From an uncultured Alphaproteobacteria bacterium (GTDB lineage: Bacteria; Pseudomonadota; Alphaproteobacteria; Acetobacterales; Acetobacteraceae), in the NCBI GenBank assembly GCA_963839645.1, contig CAWIVZ010000009.1:23536-87535 (forward strand): 64,000 bases of DNA. Direction: 5' to 3'. Both the position numbers and the translations under genes were made by a program. Positions 9,485-18,799 of the stretch are shown here, piece after piece. Under the pieces are notes generated by a model. It saw only the letters and a program-made list of their open reading frames with translations. It searched no databases and was not told where the DNA came from. Positions within the stretch are counted from its first letter, which is position 1. Each line of letters begins with the position of its first letter.

Positions 9485-10882
9485 TCAGGCAGCGGCGGCG
9501 CGGATGCGGGCCAGGGCTTCCTCGCGGCCGAGGGCGGCCAAGGTGAGATCGATGCCGGGGCTGGTGGTGCTGCCCGTCAGGGCGGCGCGCAGCGGCTGGG
9601 CGACCTGGCCGAGCTTGACGCCGGCGGCTTCGGCGAAGGCCTGCAGGGCGGCGTGCAGCGCGGCGGGCGTGAAGTCGGTTGCGTCGAGCGCGTCGGCGAG
9701 GGCGCGAAGCTGGATGCGGGCTTCGGGGGTCAGCAGCGCGGCGGCCTTGGGCTGCATCGGCAGCGGGATCGGGTGGGCAAGAAATTGAGCTGAATCAGCC
9801 AGCTCCACGATGGTTTTCGCGCGTTCCTTGAGGGCCGGAATGAGCGTCTCGATACGTTGGGCGGCGATGCCGCCCAAAGCGAGGTTGGGGCGGTGGGCGA
9901 GAATACGCAGCACCTCGCGGGTGAGGCGGGCATCGTCGGCGGCGCGGATGTAGATGCCGTTGAGATGCGTGAGCTTGGCGTAGTCCATGCGCGAGGCGCC
10001 GCGGTTGACGCCGTCGATGTCGAACAGGCGGATGGCGGTGTCGCGGTCGATGGTCTCCAGGTCGCCGTGGCTCCAGCCGAGGCGGAGCAGGTAGTTGCAG
10101 AGCGCTTCGGGGAGAAAGCCTTCCTCGCGGAACTCCAGGATGGAGACGGCGCCGTGGCGCTTGGAGAGCTTGGCGCCGTCGGCCCCGTGGATCAGGGGGA
10201 TGTGGGCGAAGCGCGGCATCACCCAATTATTTGCTTGATAAACCTGGACTTGTCGGAAAGTGTTGGTGAGGTGGTCGTCGCCGCGGATGACATGGGTGAT
10301 GGCCATGTCGTGGTCGTCCACCACCACGGCATGCAGGTAGGTCGGGGTGCCGTCGCTGCGCAGGATGATCATGTCGTCCAGTTCGGCGTTGGCGACGCGG
10401 ACCGGGCCCTGGACCAGGTCGTCGACGATGGTTTCGCCGGACCGGGGGGCTTTCAGTCGGATGGAGAACGGCGCGCCGGGAGGGGCGTCGGCCGGGTCGC
10501 GGTCGCGCCAGGTGCCGTCGTAGCGGGGGGAGCGGCCCTCGGCGGCGGCTTTTTCGCGCATCTGGCGGAGTTCGTCAGCGGTGCAGTAGCAGCGGTAGGC
10601 GGTGCCGGCCTCCAGCATTTGATGGGCGATTTCAGCGTGGCGGGCGGCCCGGGCGGATTGGAAGACGGGCGGGGCGTCGGGGGAAAGGCCCAGCCATTCA
10701 AGGCCTTCCAGGATGATCTGGGTGGCGGCGTCGGTGGAGCGGGCGCGGTCCGTGTCCTCGATGCGCAGCAGGAACTCGCCGCTGTGGTGGCGGCTGAACA
10801 GGTAGTTGAACAGCGCGGTGCGGGCGCCGCCGATGTGGAGGAGGCCGGTTGGACTGGGGGCGAAACGGGTGCGGACTGACAT
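9485..10882 (-). CDS. gltX: glutamate--tRNA ligase
   Basis: ORF 9485..10882. Contains RFAPSPTGLLHIGGARTALFNY (HIGH motif) and KLSKRHG (KMSKS motif). Full length and intact. Confidence 0.95.
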   Translation of the reverse strand: MSVRTRFAPSPTGLLHIGGARTALFNYLFSRHHSGEFLLRIEDTDRARSTDAATQIILEGLEWLGLSPDAPPVFQSARAARHAEIAHQMLEAGTAYRCYCTADELRQMREKAAAEGRSPRYDGTWRDRDPADAPPGAPFSIRLKAPRSGETIVDDLVQGPVRVANAELDDMIILRSDGTPTYLHAVVVDDHDMAITHVIRGDDHLTNTFRQVQVYQANNWVMPRFAHIPLIHGADGAKLSKRHGAVSILEFREEGFLPEALCNYLLRLGWSHGDLETIDRDTAIRLFDIDGVNRGASRMDYAKLTHLNGIYIRAADDARLTREVLRILAHRPNLALGGIAAQRIETLIPALKERAKTIVELADSAQFLAHPIPLPMQPKAAALLTPEARIQLRALADALDATDFTPAALHAALQAFAEAAGVKLGQVAQPLRAALTGSTTSPGIDLTLAALGREEALARIRAAAA

Positions 10883-10958
10883 GATCGGGGGCTTAGCACA
10901 GAAGGACGTTTGCTGTGGAGAGCGGGTGCGCTAGGCTGCTCTCAGGGGTTGAATTCGT

Positions 10959-13123
10959 ATGCAGCTTTCGGTTGCGGTTCGCCATTTCATCGATTGGGAC
11001 GGATGGGTTTCCGCACCGTTCCGCGAATGGGCGGCGGCGGAGCGGGGACGGTTCGGGCTTTGGCTGCCGGTGTTCATGGGCGGCGGGGTGGTTCTGTATT
11101 TCTCGCTGCGGGCCGAGCCGGCGGCTTGGGCGGGCGTCGCTGTGGCGATGCCGGCCGTGGCGGGGGCGGTGCTGGCGCGCTGGCGGCCGGTGTTGCAAGG
11201 CGGGTTGATGGCGGTCGCGGCAGGGGCGATCGGGTTCGCGTCGTGCCAGTTGGCGACAGCGCGGGCGCTGCCGGTGGAGCCGTTGCCGAGCAAGGGCGTG
11301 ACGGTGAGCGCGGTGGTGCGCGGCGTGGAAACGCTGCCGGCGGGGCGGCGCATCATGCTGGAGCAGGTGCGCATCCTGGACAGTGGGCGCGCTTTGGCTC
11401 GGACCGTGCGAGTGAAGCTGAAGACCGACGATACCAATGAGATAGAGACCGGGGACACGGTGCGGTTGCGCGTACTGATCCGGGCGCCGAATTCTCCCGC
11501 CTATCCCGGCGGCTGGGATTTGCAGCGGGATGCCTATTTCTCGGGTCTGGGCGGCTATGGGATGGCGCTGGGGCCGGCCGAGGTGACGGCGCACACGCCG
11601 CCGCTCGGGGCCGGAGCATGGATCCGCTGGCTGCGCGATACGGTGCAGCACCGGATCCTGGCGGTGCTGCCGGGTGCGGAGGGCGGGATCGCGGCAACGC
11701 TGCTGACCGGGATCACCGTGGGGATACCCGAGGCGGACCGGGCGGCGTTTCGCGACTTCGGCCTGGCGCATCTGCTGGCGGTGGCGGGGCTGCATATCGG
11801 CATCGTGATGGGGCTGATGCTCGGTTTTTCCCGGATGGCGCTGGCGCTGTCGGAGCGCGCGTCGCTGTTCTGGCCGTGCAAGCAGATCGCGGCCCTGGTG
11901 GCACTGGCCTGCGGCGGCTTCTACATGGTGATGACCGGCATGCATCTGCCGATCCTGCGCAGCTTCGCGATGGCGTGCCTGTTCACCTTGGCGGTGCTGG
12001 CTGGGCGGCGGGCGATCTCGGTGCGGGGGCTGGCGCTGGCTGGGGTGGCGATCATGGCGATCGAGCCATGGGAGGTGGTGGGCGTCAGCTTCCAGATGAG
12101 CTTTTCCGCCGTGCTGGCGCTGATCGCGGGGTATGAGGCGATGCGACCGTGGCTGCTGCGGCTGAAGACGGCGCCGGTGTGGGGCGAGGGAACATGGGGC
12201 CGGCGGCTGGCGTTGCATGTGGCCGCGCTGGCGCTGACCAGCCTGCTGGCGGGCACGGCGTCGGCGCCGTACGGCGCGTATCATTTCGGGCGGGTGCAGG
12301 TCTATTTCGTGATTTCCAACATGGCTGGCGGTGCCGCTGACGGCGATGTGGGTGATGCCGACCGGATTGATCGCGCTGGCGCTGATGCCGCTCCGGTTAG
12401 AGGCGCTGGCGCTGGTGCCGATGGGCTGGGGCGTGGATGCGATCCTGTGGATCGCGCACGCGGCAACCGACCTGCCGGCCGCCACCTTCGCCGTGCCGCA
12501 TATGCCGGCCTGGGGCCTGGGGGTGTTGTCGCTGGGGATCGCCTGGTTGGGGATCTGGCGCACGAAATGGCGCCTGGCCGGGATCGCAGCGATCGGGCTG
12601 GGGCTGGCCTCGCCGGCGTTCGAGCGTCCTCCGGACCTGCTGGTTTCCGCAGATGCCAGGCTGATCGCACTACGCACGGCGGAGGGGGCATTCGTGCAGA
12701 AGACCGGTGGCGGGTCGCGCTTCGTGCAGGATGCGTGGCAGCAATACTGGGCTTCCGGGGAGATGCGGCCGATGCCCTATGAGTTGGGCGAGGCGACCGT
12801 CACCTGCGAACCCGGCGCCTGCCTGTTGCTGCCGCGGCCGAACAGGGCCGGCGCGTTGCTGGTGCAGGACTCTGAAAAACTCGCCCTTCTGCGCCGACGC
12901 GGCCGTTCTGGTCTCGGCGGTGCCGGCGCGGGACGCCTGTCCGCGGCCGGCTCCCCCGCTGGTGGACCGGTTCACCGTCTGGCGGGAGGGGGCCGCGGCA
13001 ATCTGGCTGGAGCGCGATGGCGCGCGCATCCTGACCGACCGGGAAGAACGCGGCGACCGGCCATGGGTGGCGCTGGCGCAATCGCGACATGGCGCGGAAT
13101 TGCCGATGGCCGCGGCCGACTAG
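10959..13123 (+). pseudogene. comEC: ComEC/Rec2 family competence protein, two frameshifts
   Basis: ORFs 10959..12782, 12331..13362 and 12707..13123 join as ...VYFVISNM | LAVPLTAMWVMPTG... (extra G at 12323-12324) and ...ALLVQDSE | NSPFCADAAVLVSAVPARDACP... (A5 run at 12875-12879). It is a polytopic membrane protein throughout. Confidence 0.85.
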
Positions 13124-13171
13124 CCAGCCTGAAGCCCCTGCCCCGCCGGGATATTGTTCCCGCGCGTAGGC

Positions 13172-13339
13172 CTATCGCATCGGCACAAAATGCCACAACA
13201 GCACGGCCACGACGAAGGAGATCGCCACCGCCAGCAGCGACGGCACCAGATGGCCCTTGCCCGGATTGGTCAGCGGAACGGATGCTTCCCATTCCCGTGC
13301 CATCCCGGCTTCACTCGCGTTCGACACGCCACTCGCCAT
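13172..13339 (-). CDS. small hypothetical membrane protein (55 aa, C-terminal TM helix)
   Basis: Hand translation gives MASGVSNASEAGMAREWEASVPLTNPGKGHLVPSLLAVAISFVVAVLLWHFVPMR. AAGGGA lies about 6 nt upstream of the ATG. Third codon positions are GC-rich. It is below the 60 aa cutoff of the ORF track. Confidence 0.35.
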   Translation of the reverse strand: MASGVSNASEAGMAREWEASVPLTNPGKGHLVPSLLAVAISFVVAVLLWHFVPMR

Positions 13340-13410
13340 GGTCGTTCCCTTTCTTACGGTAGGATATTTTCAGGCACTGCCATTCTGCGCGGGGATCGCC
13401 CTATCCGGGA

Positions 13411-13424
13411 TTGATCTGGATCAT
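13411..13424. promoter_or_regulatory. FNR/FixK-like box TTGATCTGGATCAT (exact repeat family)
   Basis: Identical to 5799-5812. It lies 72 nt upstream of the small ORF start (13339, minus strand) and 98 nt upstream of the binding-protein start (13522, plus strand). Confidence 0.5.
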
Positions 13425-13521
13425 TTTCCTGATGGAAATTCATCCACGCGCGACACTGGCGGTCGGCCGAATTTCATGAGACCCTTGCGTCCAATCAACA
13501 AAACGCCAGGGAGGCGAACCA

Positions 13522-14777
13522 ATGTCCAAAGCCCAAAGCCCGAGCCGCCGTACCGTGCTCACCGGCCTTGCCGCCGCCGGCCTTACCACGGCGCTGACCC
13601 GCCCCGCCCGCGCGGCGCAGGTCCTGCGCATCGGGCACCTTACCGACATTTCCGGCCCTTACAGCGCCACCTCCGGCGCGACATCCATTGTCTGCGCGCG
13701 CCAGGCGATCATCGACTTCAATCCCGCCGCGCATAGGCCTGCAGGTCGAGCTCATCCGGCCGGCGACCACCAGAACAATCCCGACATCGCGCATGGGCAT
13801 CGTGCGGGAATGGTTCGACCGCGGCGACGTCGATGCGGTGCTGGAGCTCAACAACAGCGCCATCGCGCTGGCGATGAACAAGCTGACGCAGCAGAAGGAC
13901 AAGGTCCACCTGAACTCCGGCGCCGTGACATCCGCCCTCACCGGCGCGGCCTGCACGAAGAACATGGTGCATTGGACCTATGACAGCTGGATGCTGGCGC
14001 ACGGGCCCGTCCTCTCGCTGACCAAGGCCGGGCTGAAGGCGTGGTATATCATCGCGCCCGACTATGCCTTCGGCGCTGTCCCTGACGCAGGATTGCACCC
14101 GGCTGTCGTGGAGGCCCAGGGCGGCAAGGTGCTCGGCGTGGCCAAGCACCCCTTCCCCGGGGTGACGGATTTCTCCAGCTATCCTGCTTGCCGCCCAGGC
14201 GAGCGGGGCACAAGGTCATCGCGCTGGCGAACGGCGGCAACGGACATCGTCAACTGCATGAAGCAGGCGCACGAATTCGGATTGCCGCAGCAGCGGCATC
14301 AAGTATGGTCGCGCTCGCCGCGCAGACCACCGATCTCCATGGCATGGGGCTCGAGGCCGGCCAGGGGCTGATCAATAGCTTGCCATTCTATTGGGACCTC
14401 AACGAGCGGACGCGCGCCTTCACCAAGCGGGTGCTGCCGAAGACGCGGCCAGACTACCCGTCCATGACGCATGCCGGAGCCTATTCGTGACGCTGCACTA
14501 CCTCAAGGCCGCGGCGGCGCTGGGCGTCGACAAGGCCAAGGCTTCGGGACGCGACACGGTGGCGATGATGAAGCAGCTGCCGACCGACGACGATTGCTTC
14601 GGCGTCGGCAGGGTGCGCGAGGACGGCCGCAAGCTGCATGCCACCTATCTGTTCGAGGCGAAATCGCCCGCCGAGAGCAAGGCGCCATGGGATGTGCAGA
14701 AGGTCATCGACACCATCCCGCTGGAACAATCCTTCAGGCCGTTGAACGAGGGCGGGTGTCCCTTCATCAAGGCCTGA
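13522..14777 (+). pseudogene. Liv-type (branched-chain amino acid family) ABC transporter substrate-binding protein, at least 8 frameshifts
   Basis: ORFs 13522..13983, 13688..14371, 14188..14490 and 14391..14777. Conserved segments alternate between frames: signal peptide...QAIIDFNPAA / IGLQVELI / ADHQNNPDIA / GIVREWFDRGDVDAVLELNNS...TDFSSY / LLAAQASGAQ / VIALANGGN / DIVNCMKQAHEFGLPQQ / MVALAAQTTDLHGMGLEAGQG...HAGAYS / VTLHYLKAAAALGVDK... Confidence 0.85.
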
Positions 14778-14842
14778 TCGCACGAGATCGCCGATCGGGC
14801 CGCGAACGTCCGGCGCTGGATAGCAGTCCGATATCGGAACAT

Positions 14843-14856
14843 ATGATCCAGATCAA
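14843..14856. promoter_or_regulatory. FNR/FixK-like box (ATGATCCAGATCAA, the reverse complement of TTGATCTGGATCAT)
   Basis: Third exact copy of the 14-mer. It sits 91 nt upstream of the first 2OG-Fe(II) oxygenase ATG (14947). Confidence 0.5.
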
Positions 14857-14946
14857 CGCGCCCGGTCGGGATCGGTGCGGTATCTCGCAGTCAGCCAGCC
14901 CAAGGCGACCGATTTGCTGACAGGTTGGCTGATTTGTGGGGTCCGC

Positions 14947-15591
14947 ATGACCGACATCAGCCTTATCGATACCAACGTTACCGATTTCCGTCGCTTCGCC
15001 GCGACACCGCTGCAGTCCGTGCCTTACCAGCACATGGTCCTGCCCGGCTTCGTGCCGCGCGACATCGCCGTTGCAGCCGCGGCCAGCTTCCCCGCGCCCG
15101 ACCTGCCCGGCGTGCTGCCCGCACCGGCGCAGATCAGCGACGATGCCTTCGGCCGCCTGCTGGCGGAACTGCGCAGCCCCGCCTTCACCCGGCTGTTCGC
15201 GGAGAAATACGACCTGCCGCTTTCCACCGACTGCCTGATGATCACGCTGCGCGCGCGCACCCGCCCGCAGGACGGCGAAATCCATACCGATAGCGAGAGC
15301 AAGCTGGTCACCGCGCTGATCTACCTGAACGAGGACTGGTCCGCCGACGGCGGCCGGCTACGAGTGCTGCGCGGCCCCGGCGATATCGAGGACATGGCGG
15401 CCGAGGTGCCGCCCGATGCCGGGACCCTGATCACCTTCCGCCGCTCCGACAGATCCTGGCATGGCCACAAGCCGTTCGATGGGCCGCGCAAGGCGATTAT
15501 GCTGAACTGGATGACCGATCCCGCCGCCGCCCGCCGCGAAATCCTGCGCCACGGCCTCTCGGCCCGCGTGAAGCGCCTTTTCCACGCCTGA
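14947..15591 (+). CDS. 2OG-Fe(II) oxygenase family protein (prolyl-4-hydroxylase-like)
   Basis: ORF 14875..15591. A start at ATG 14947 (MTDISL) is assumed. The facial triad is HTD...WHGH and a GGRLRV segment is present. Confidence 0.75.
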   Translation: MTDISLIDTNVTDFRRFAATPLQSVPYQHMVLPGFVPRDIAVAAAASFPAPDLPGVLPAPAQISDDAFGRLLAELRSPAFTRLFAEKYDLPLSTDCLMITLRARTRPQDGEIHTDSESKLVTALIYLNEDWSADGGRLRVLRGPGDIEDMAAEVPPDAGTLITFRRSDRSWHGHKPFDGPRKAIMLNWMTDPAAARREILRHGLSARVKRLFHA

Positions 15592-15616
15592 TATTGAACG
15601 GAAGGATGGCATCGCC

Positions 15617-16297
15617 ATGAACCATGTTCGCAGCATGGGCACGCCCCTCGCCATGGAAGGCGCGCGCATCCGGCGCGCGATCTGCACCGCGCCGCACGGC
15701 GACCTGCCCTATCCGCACTGGCTGCCACGGAACGTGCTGCCGGCGGCGATGTGTGCGGCCCTGATCGACCTGCCGTTCGATGCGCCGGTGATCGACGACA
15801 CCCGCGGCAAGCGCGAAACCCACAACAGCGCCCGCATCTTCTTCTCCGAGACAAACCGCGCGCGCTATCCCGTGTGTGAGCGGCTGGCCGAAACCTTCCA
15901 GGACGAGGCCATGGTCGCGCTGCTGCAGGATGCCTGCGGCCGCCCCCTGTCCGGTAGCTATCTTCGCATCGAATACTGCCTGGACACCGACGGGTTCTGG
16001 CTGGAACCGCACACCGATATCGGCGCCAAGCTGTTCACCATGCTGATCTATTTGTCCGATCATCCGGACGCCGAGGACTGGGGCACGGATATCCTCGATG
16101 CCGATCACAAGCTGGTCTGCCGCGCCTCCGGCGCGTTCAACACGGGTCTGATCTTCCTGCCGGCAGCCAACACCTGGCATGGCTTTGCCCCGCGCAAGAT
16201 CCGCGGCCTGCGCCGCTCCCTGATCATCAATTACGTCGCCCCGGAATGGCGTGCCCGTCACGAGCTGGCCTATCCCGCACAGCCGGTCCAGGCCTGA
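15617..16297 (+). CDS. 2OG-Fe(II) oxygenase family protein (paralogue of the preceding gene)
   Basis: ORF 15617..16297. Contains HTD...TWHGF and the same LIYL core as its neighbour. Confidence 0.7.
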   Translation: MNHVRSMGTPLAMEGARIRRAICTAPHGDLPYPHWLPRNVLPAAMCAALIDLPFDAPVIDDTRGKRETHNSARIFFSETNRARYPVCERLAETFQDEAMVALLQDACGRPLSGSYLRIEYCLDTDGFWLEPHTDIGAKLFTMLIYLSDHPDAEDWGTDILDADHKLVCRASGAFNTGLIFLPAANTWHGFAPRKIRGLRRSLIINYVAPEWRARHELAYPAQPVQA

Positions 16298-16314
16298 CAC
16301 CCGGGCGCGCGGCG

Positions 16315-17898
16315 TCACCGCTGGCCCGGTGTGCCCGCTGACATGCCTCCTGGGCCGTCAGCCCCTGCCACCGCCAGCGGCAGGTCCGGTTCCCAGCCGC
16401 CGCCGAGCGCCTTGTAGATCGCGATCAGGTTGCCCGACACATTCGTCGTGCTGATCGCCAGCAATTGTTCGGTGACCAGCAGGCTGCGCTGGGCGTCCAG
16501 CACCTCGATGAAGTCGGACACGCCGGCCTTGTAGCGGCTCTGCGCCAGGCCCAGCGCCAGACGGTTCTGCTTCACCGCCTCGATCAACTGTTCGCGCCGG
16601 CGCTGCTCGGCCTCATAGGCGGTAAGCGCATCGTCCACCTCGGTCCAGGCGTTCAGAACGGTCTTTTGATATTGCACCGCCGCCGAGCGCTGCTGCGCCT
16701 TGCGCAGTTCCAGCTGGGCCTTCAGCCGGCCGCCCTCGAAGATCGGGATGTTCAGCGTCGGCCCCAGCGCATACTGCTCGGCATTCCAGTTCCACAGGCT
16801 CTGGGTCTTCAGGGTCTGGATGCCGATGCTGCCGTTCAGCGTCAGGCTCGGATAGAAATTCGCCTTCGCCACGCCGATATCCGCGGTTGCCGCATGCAGA
16901 TTGGCATCGGCCTGGCGGATATCCGGCCGCCGCTTGGCAAGCTCCGACGGAAACCCGACCGGCACCTCCGGCGGCACCGGCGGCACCGGCTTGGCCGTGG
17001 ACAGCTCCGCCCGCAGGGCCTGCGGCGGTTCGCCCAACAGCAGGCCCAGCGCGTTCATCAGATGCGCCTCCTCCTGCTCGATGCGCGGGATCTCGGCGGC
17101 GACGGTGCTGACCTGGGCCGCGGCATTCGCCACGTCCAGATCCGTGGTCATCCCGCCGGCCGCACGCTGGGCGACGATATCCTGGCTCTGTTTCGCGGTC
17201 TTCAGATTGTCGCGCGCGATCTGCAGCCTCTGCTGAGCCCCGCGCAGTTCGATATAGTCGCGCGCTACTTCCGCCAGGCTGGACAGCAGCACCCCGCGCA
17301 TGGCCTCCTCACTGGCGGTTATCGAGGCATCGGACGATTCGACCGCCCGGCGCACACGGCCCCACAGATCCAGCTCCCACGACGCATCGAGCCCGTACTG
17401 ATAGGCCTCGAACGGCTCGAACTGGACCCCGGTGACGGCGCCGGAGCCGCCCGGCGTGCCGTTCGCCGCGGTCGAGCCGACGGCATTCTTGCCAAGTTTG
17501 GTAAACACGCCCCGGTTGGACGCCTGCTGGCGCACATAGCTGGCATTGCCGTTGATCGTCGGATACTGCGCGGAAGCGACAATGCCCCGTTCCGCCCGCG
17601 ACTCGTCGATGCGGATCGCCGCGATCCGGACATCGAGGTTCGACCCCGCCACCCGCTCGACCAGCGCGGTCAGCTGCGGATCGCCGAACATCTTCCACCA
17701 GGCGGCGTCGATCGGGTCCGAGACGGTCCGGCTGGGGGTCTTCGGCTGCGGCGGACGATCGGTGAACCAGGTGGAAGGCGTGGCAGGCTCGGGGGACACG
17801 AAGTCTGGACCCAGGGTGCAACCCGCCAAAAGCCACATCGAAGTCATCAGCAACGCGGGAAACACGCCCGCCTTCTGCCATCGCTGCCTAATCATCAT
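16315..17898 (-). CDS. efflux transporter outer membrane factor lipoprotein, NodT family
   Basis: ORF 16315..17961. The lipobox LLAGC follows MMIRQRWQKAGVFPALLMTSMW. Two repeated OEP halves are present, with typical PDIRQADANLHAA and ALGGGW motifs. Confidence 0.85.
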   Translation of the reverse strand: MMIRQRWQKAGVFPALLMTSMWLLAGCTLGPDFVSPEPATPSTWFTDRPPQPKTPSRTVSDPIDAAWWKMFGDPQLTALVERVAGSNLDVRIAAIRIDESRAERGIVASAQYPTINGNASYVRQQASNRGVFTKLGKNAVGSTAANGTPGGSGAVTGVQFEPFEAYQYGLDASWELDLWGRVRRAVESSDASITASEEAMRGVLLSSLAEVARDYIELRGAQQRLQIARDNLKTAKQSQDIVAQRAAGGMTTDLDVANAAAQVSTVAAEIPRIEQEEAHLMNALGLLLGEPPQALRAELSTAKPVPPVPPEVPVGFPSELAKRRPDIRQADANLHAATADIGVAKANFYPSLTLNGSIGIQTLKTQSLWNWNAEQYALGPTLNIPIFEGGRLKAQLELRKAQQRSAAVQYQKTVLNAWTEVDDALTAYEAEQRRREQLIEAVKQNRLALGLAQSRYKAGVSDFIEVLDAQRSLLVTEQLLAISTTNVSGNLIAIYKALGGGWEPDLPLAVAGADGPGGMSAGTPGQR

Positions 17899-18019
17899 CC
17901 CCCGCCGGTCGTAACTCGCGCATGGTGCGCGGGAACGCGCCGCGGGGCCAGATGCGTCCACGGCGCGGCAGCATTGTGCGGAGACCTGCTCGCGAGGCAG
18001 GGATGGGGCTCTGTCGCGA

Positions 18020-18769
18020 TCAGTTCACCCCGACCGCGTCGCCCAGCGTGTCGCCGATGCCTTCATGGATCACCAGATCGGCCATCCGGTCCAGCCCCGT
18101 CGCGTCGCGGTTGACGATCACCAGCGCCGCGCCGTTCTGCTTGGCGATTTCCGGAAATCCCGCGGCCGGATAGACCACCAACGAGGATCCCGCCACGATG
18201 AACAGGTCGGCGGCCAGGGTTTCCGCCTCCGCCCGGCGCATCGCCTCCACCGGCATGGACTGGCCGAAGGATATCGTGGCGGTCTTCACATAGCCGCCGC
18301 AGGCCTCGCAATCCGGCGCCTCCCCCGAACGTTCGAACGCGGCCAGGATCGCGTCGACCTCATAGCGCTGGGCGCAGGACAGGCAGGTGGCATAGGTGGA
18401 ATTGCCGTGCAGCTCGATCACATGGCTGTCGGGCACGCCCGAGGCCTGGTGCAGCCCGTCGATATTCTGGGTGATGACGGAACTCGCCCGCCCCTCGCGG
18501 ATCAGCCGGGCGACGGCGCGATGGCCGCGATTGGGCTCGGCGGCGCGCATCGTCTGGTCGGTCACGCGCTTGCGCCGCCAGGTTTCTCGCCTGGCCTCGG
18601 CCGAGGCCATGAAATCGCGGAAATCGATCGGCGCCATCTTGCTCCACATGCCGCCCGGCGAGCGGAAATCGGGAATGCCCGATTCCGTGCTGATCCCCGC
18701 CCCGGTGAAGAAGACAATCCGTTCCGCCTGTGCGATCAGGCGGCGAAGTTCGGAGCTTTCTGGCGACAT
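18020..18769 (-). CDS. cobB: NAD-dependent protein deacylase (Sir2/CobB family sirtuin)
   Basis: ORF 18020..18769. Contains GAGISTESGIPDFRS, the catalytic HG, and a CxxC...CxxC zinc ribbon (CLSCAQ...CEACGG). Confidence 0.85.
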   Translation of the reverse strand: MSPESSELRRLIAQAERIVFFTGAGISTESGIPDFRSPGGMWSKMAPIDFRDFMASAEARRETWRRKRVTDQTMRAAEPNRGHRAVARLIREGRASSVITQNIDGLHQASGVPDSHVIELHGNSTYATCLSCAQRYEVDAILAAFERSGEAPDCEACGGYVKTATISFGQSMPVEAMRRAEAETLAADLFIVAGSSLVVYPAAGFPEIAKQNGAALVIVNRDATGLDRMADLVIHEGIGDTLGDAVGVN

Positions 18770-18799
18770 GGCGCGATCTCCAAGAAGGTCATGGCTCCA

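Noticed and set aside
18020-18769. Sir2-domain protein as a possible anti-phage effector (Thoeris, DSR or SIR2-HerA-like).
   Set aside because: It is a short (249 aa) canonical CobB-type sirtuin with the CxxC...CxxC zinc ribbon. It has no fused sensor, TIR, HerA or other partner domains or genes, and its neighbours are metabolic.
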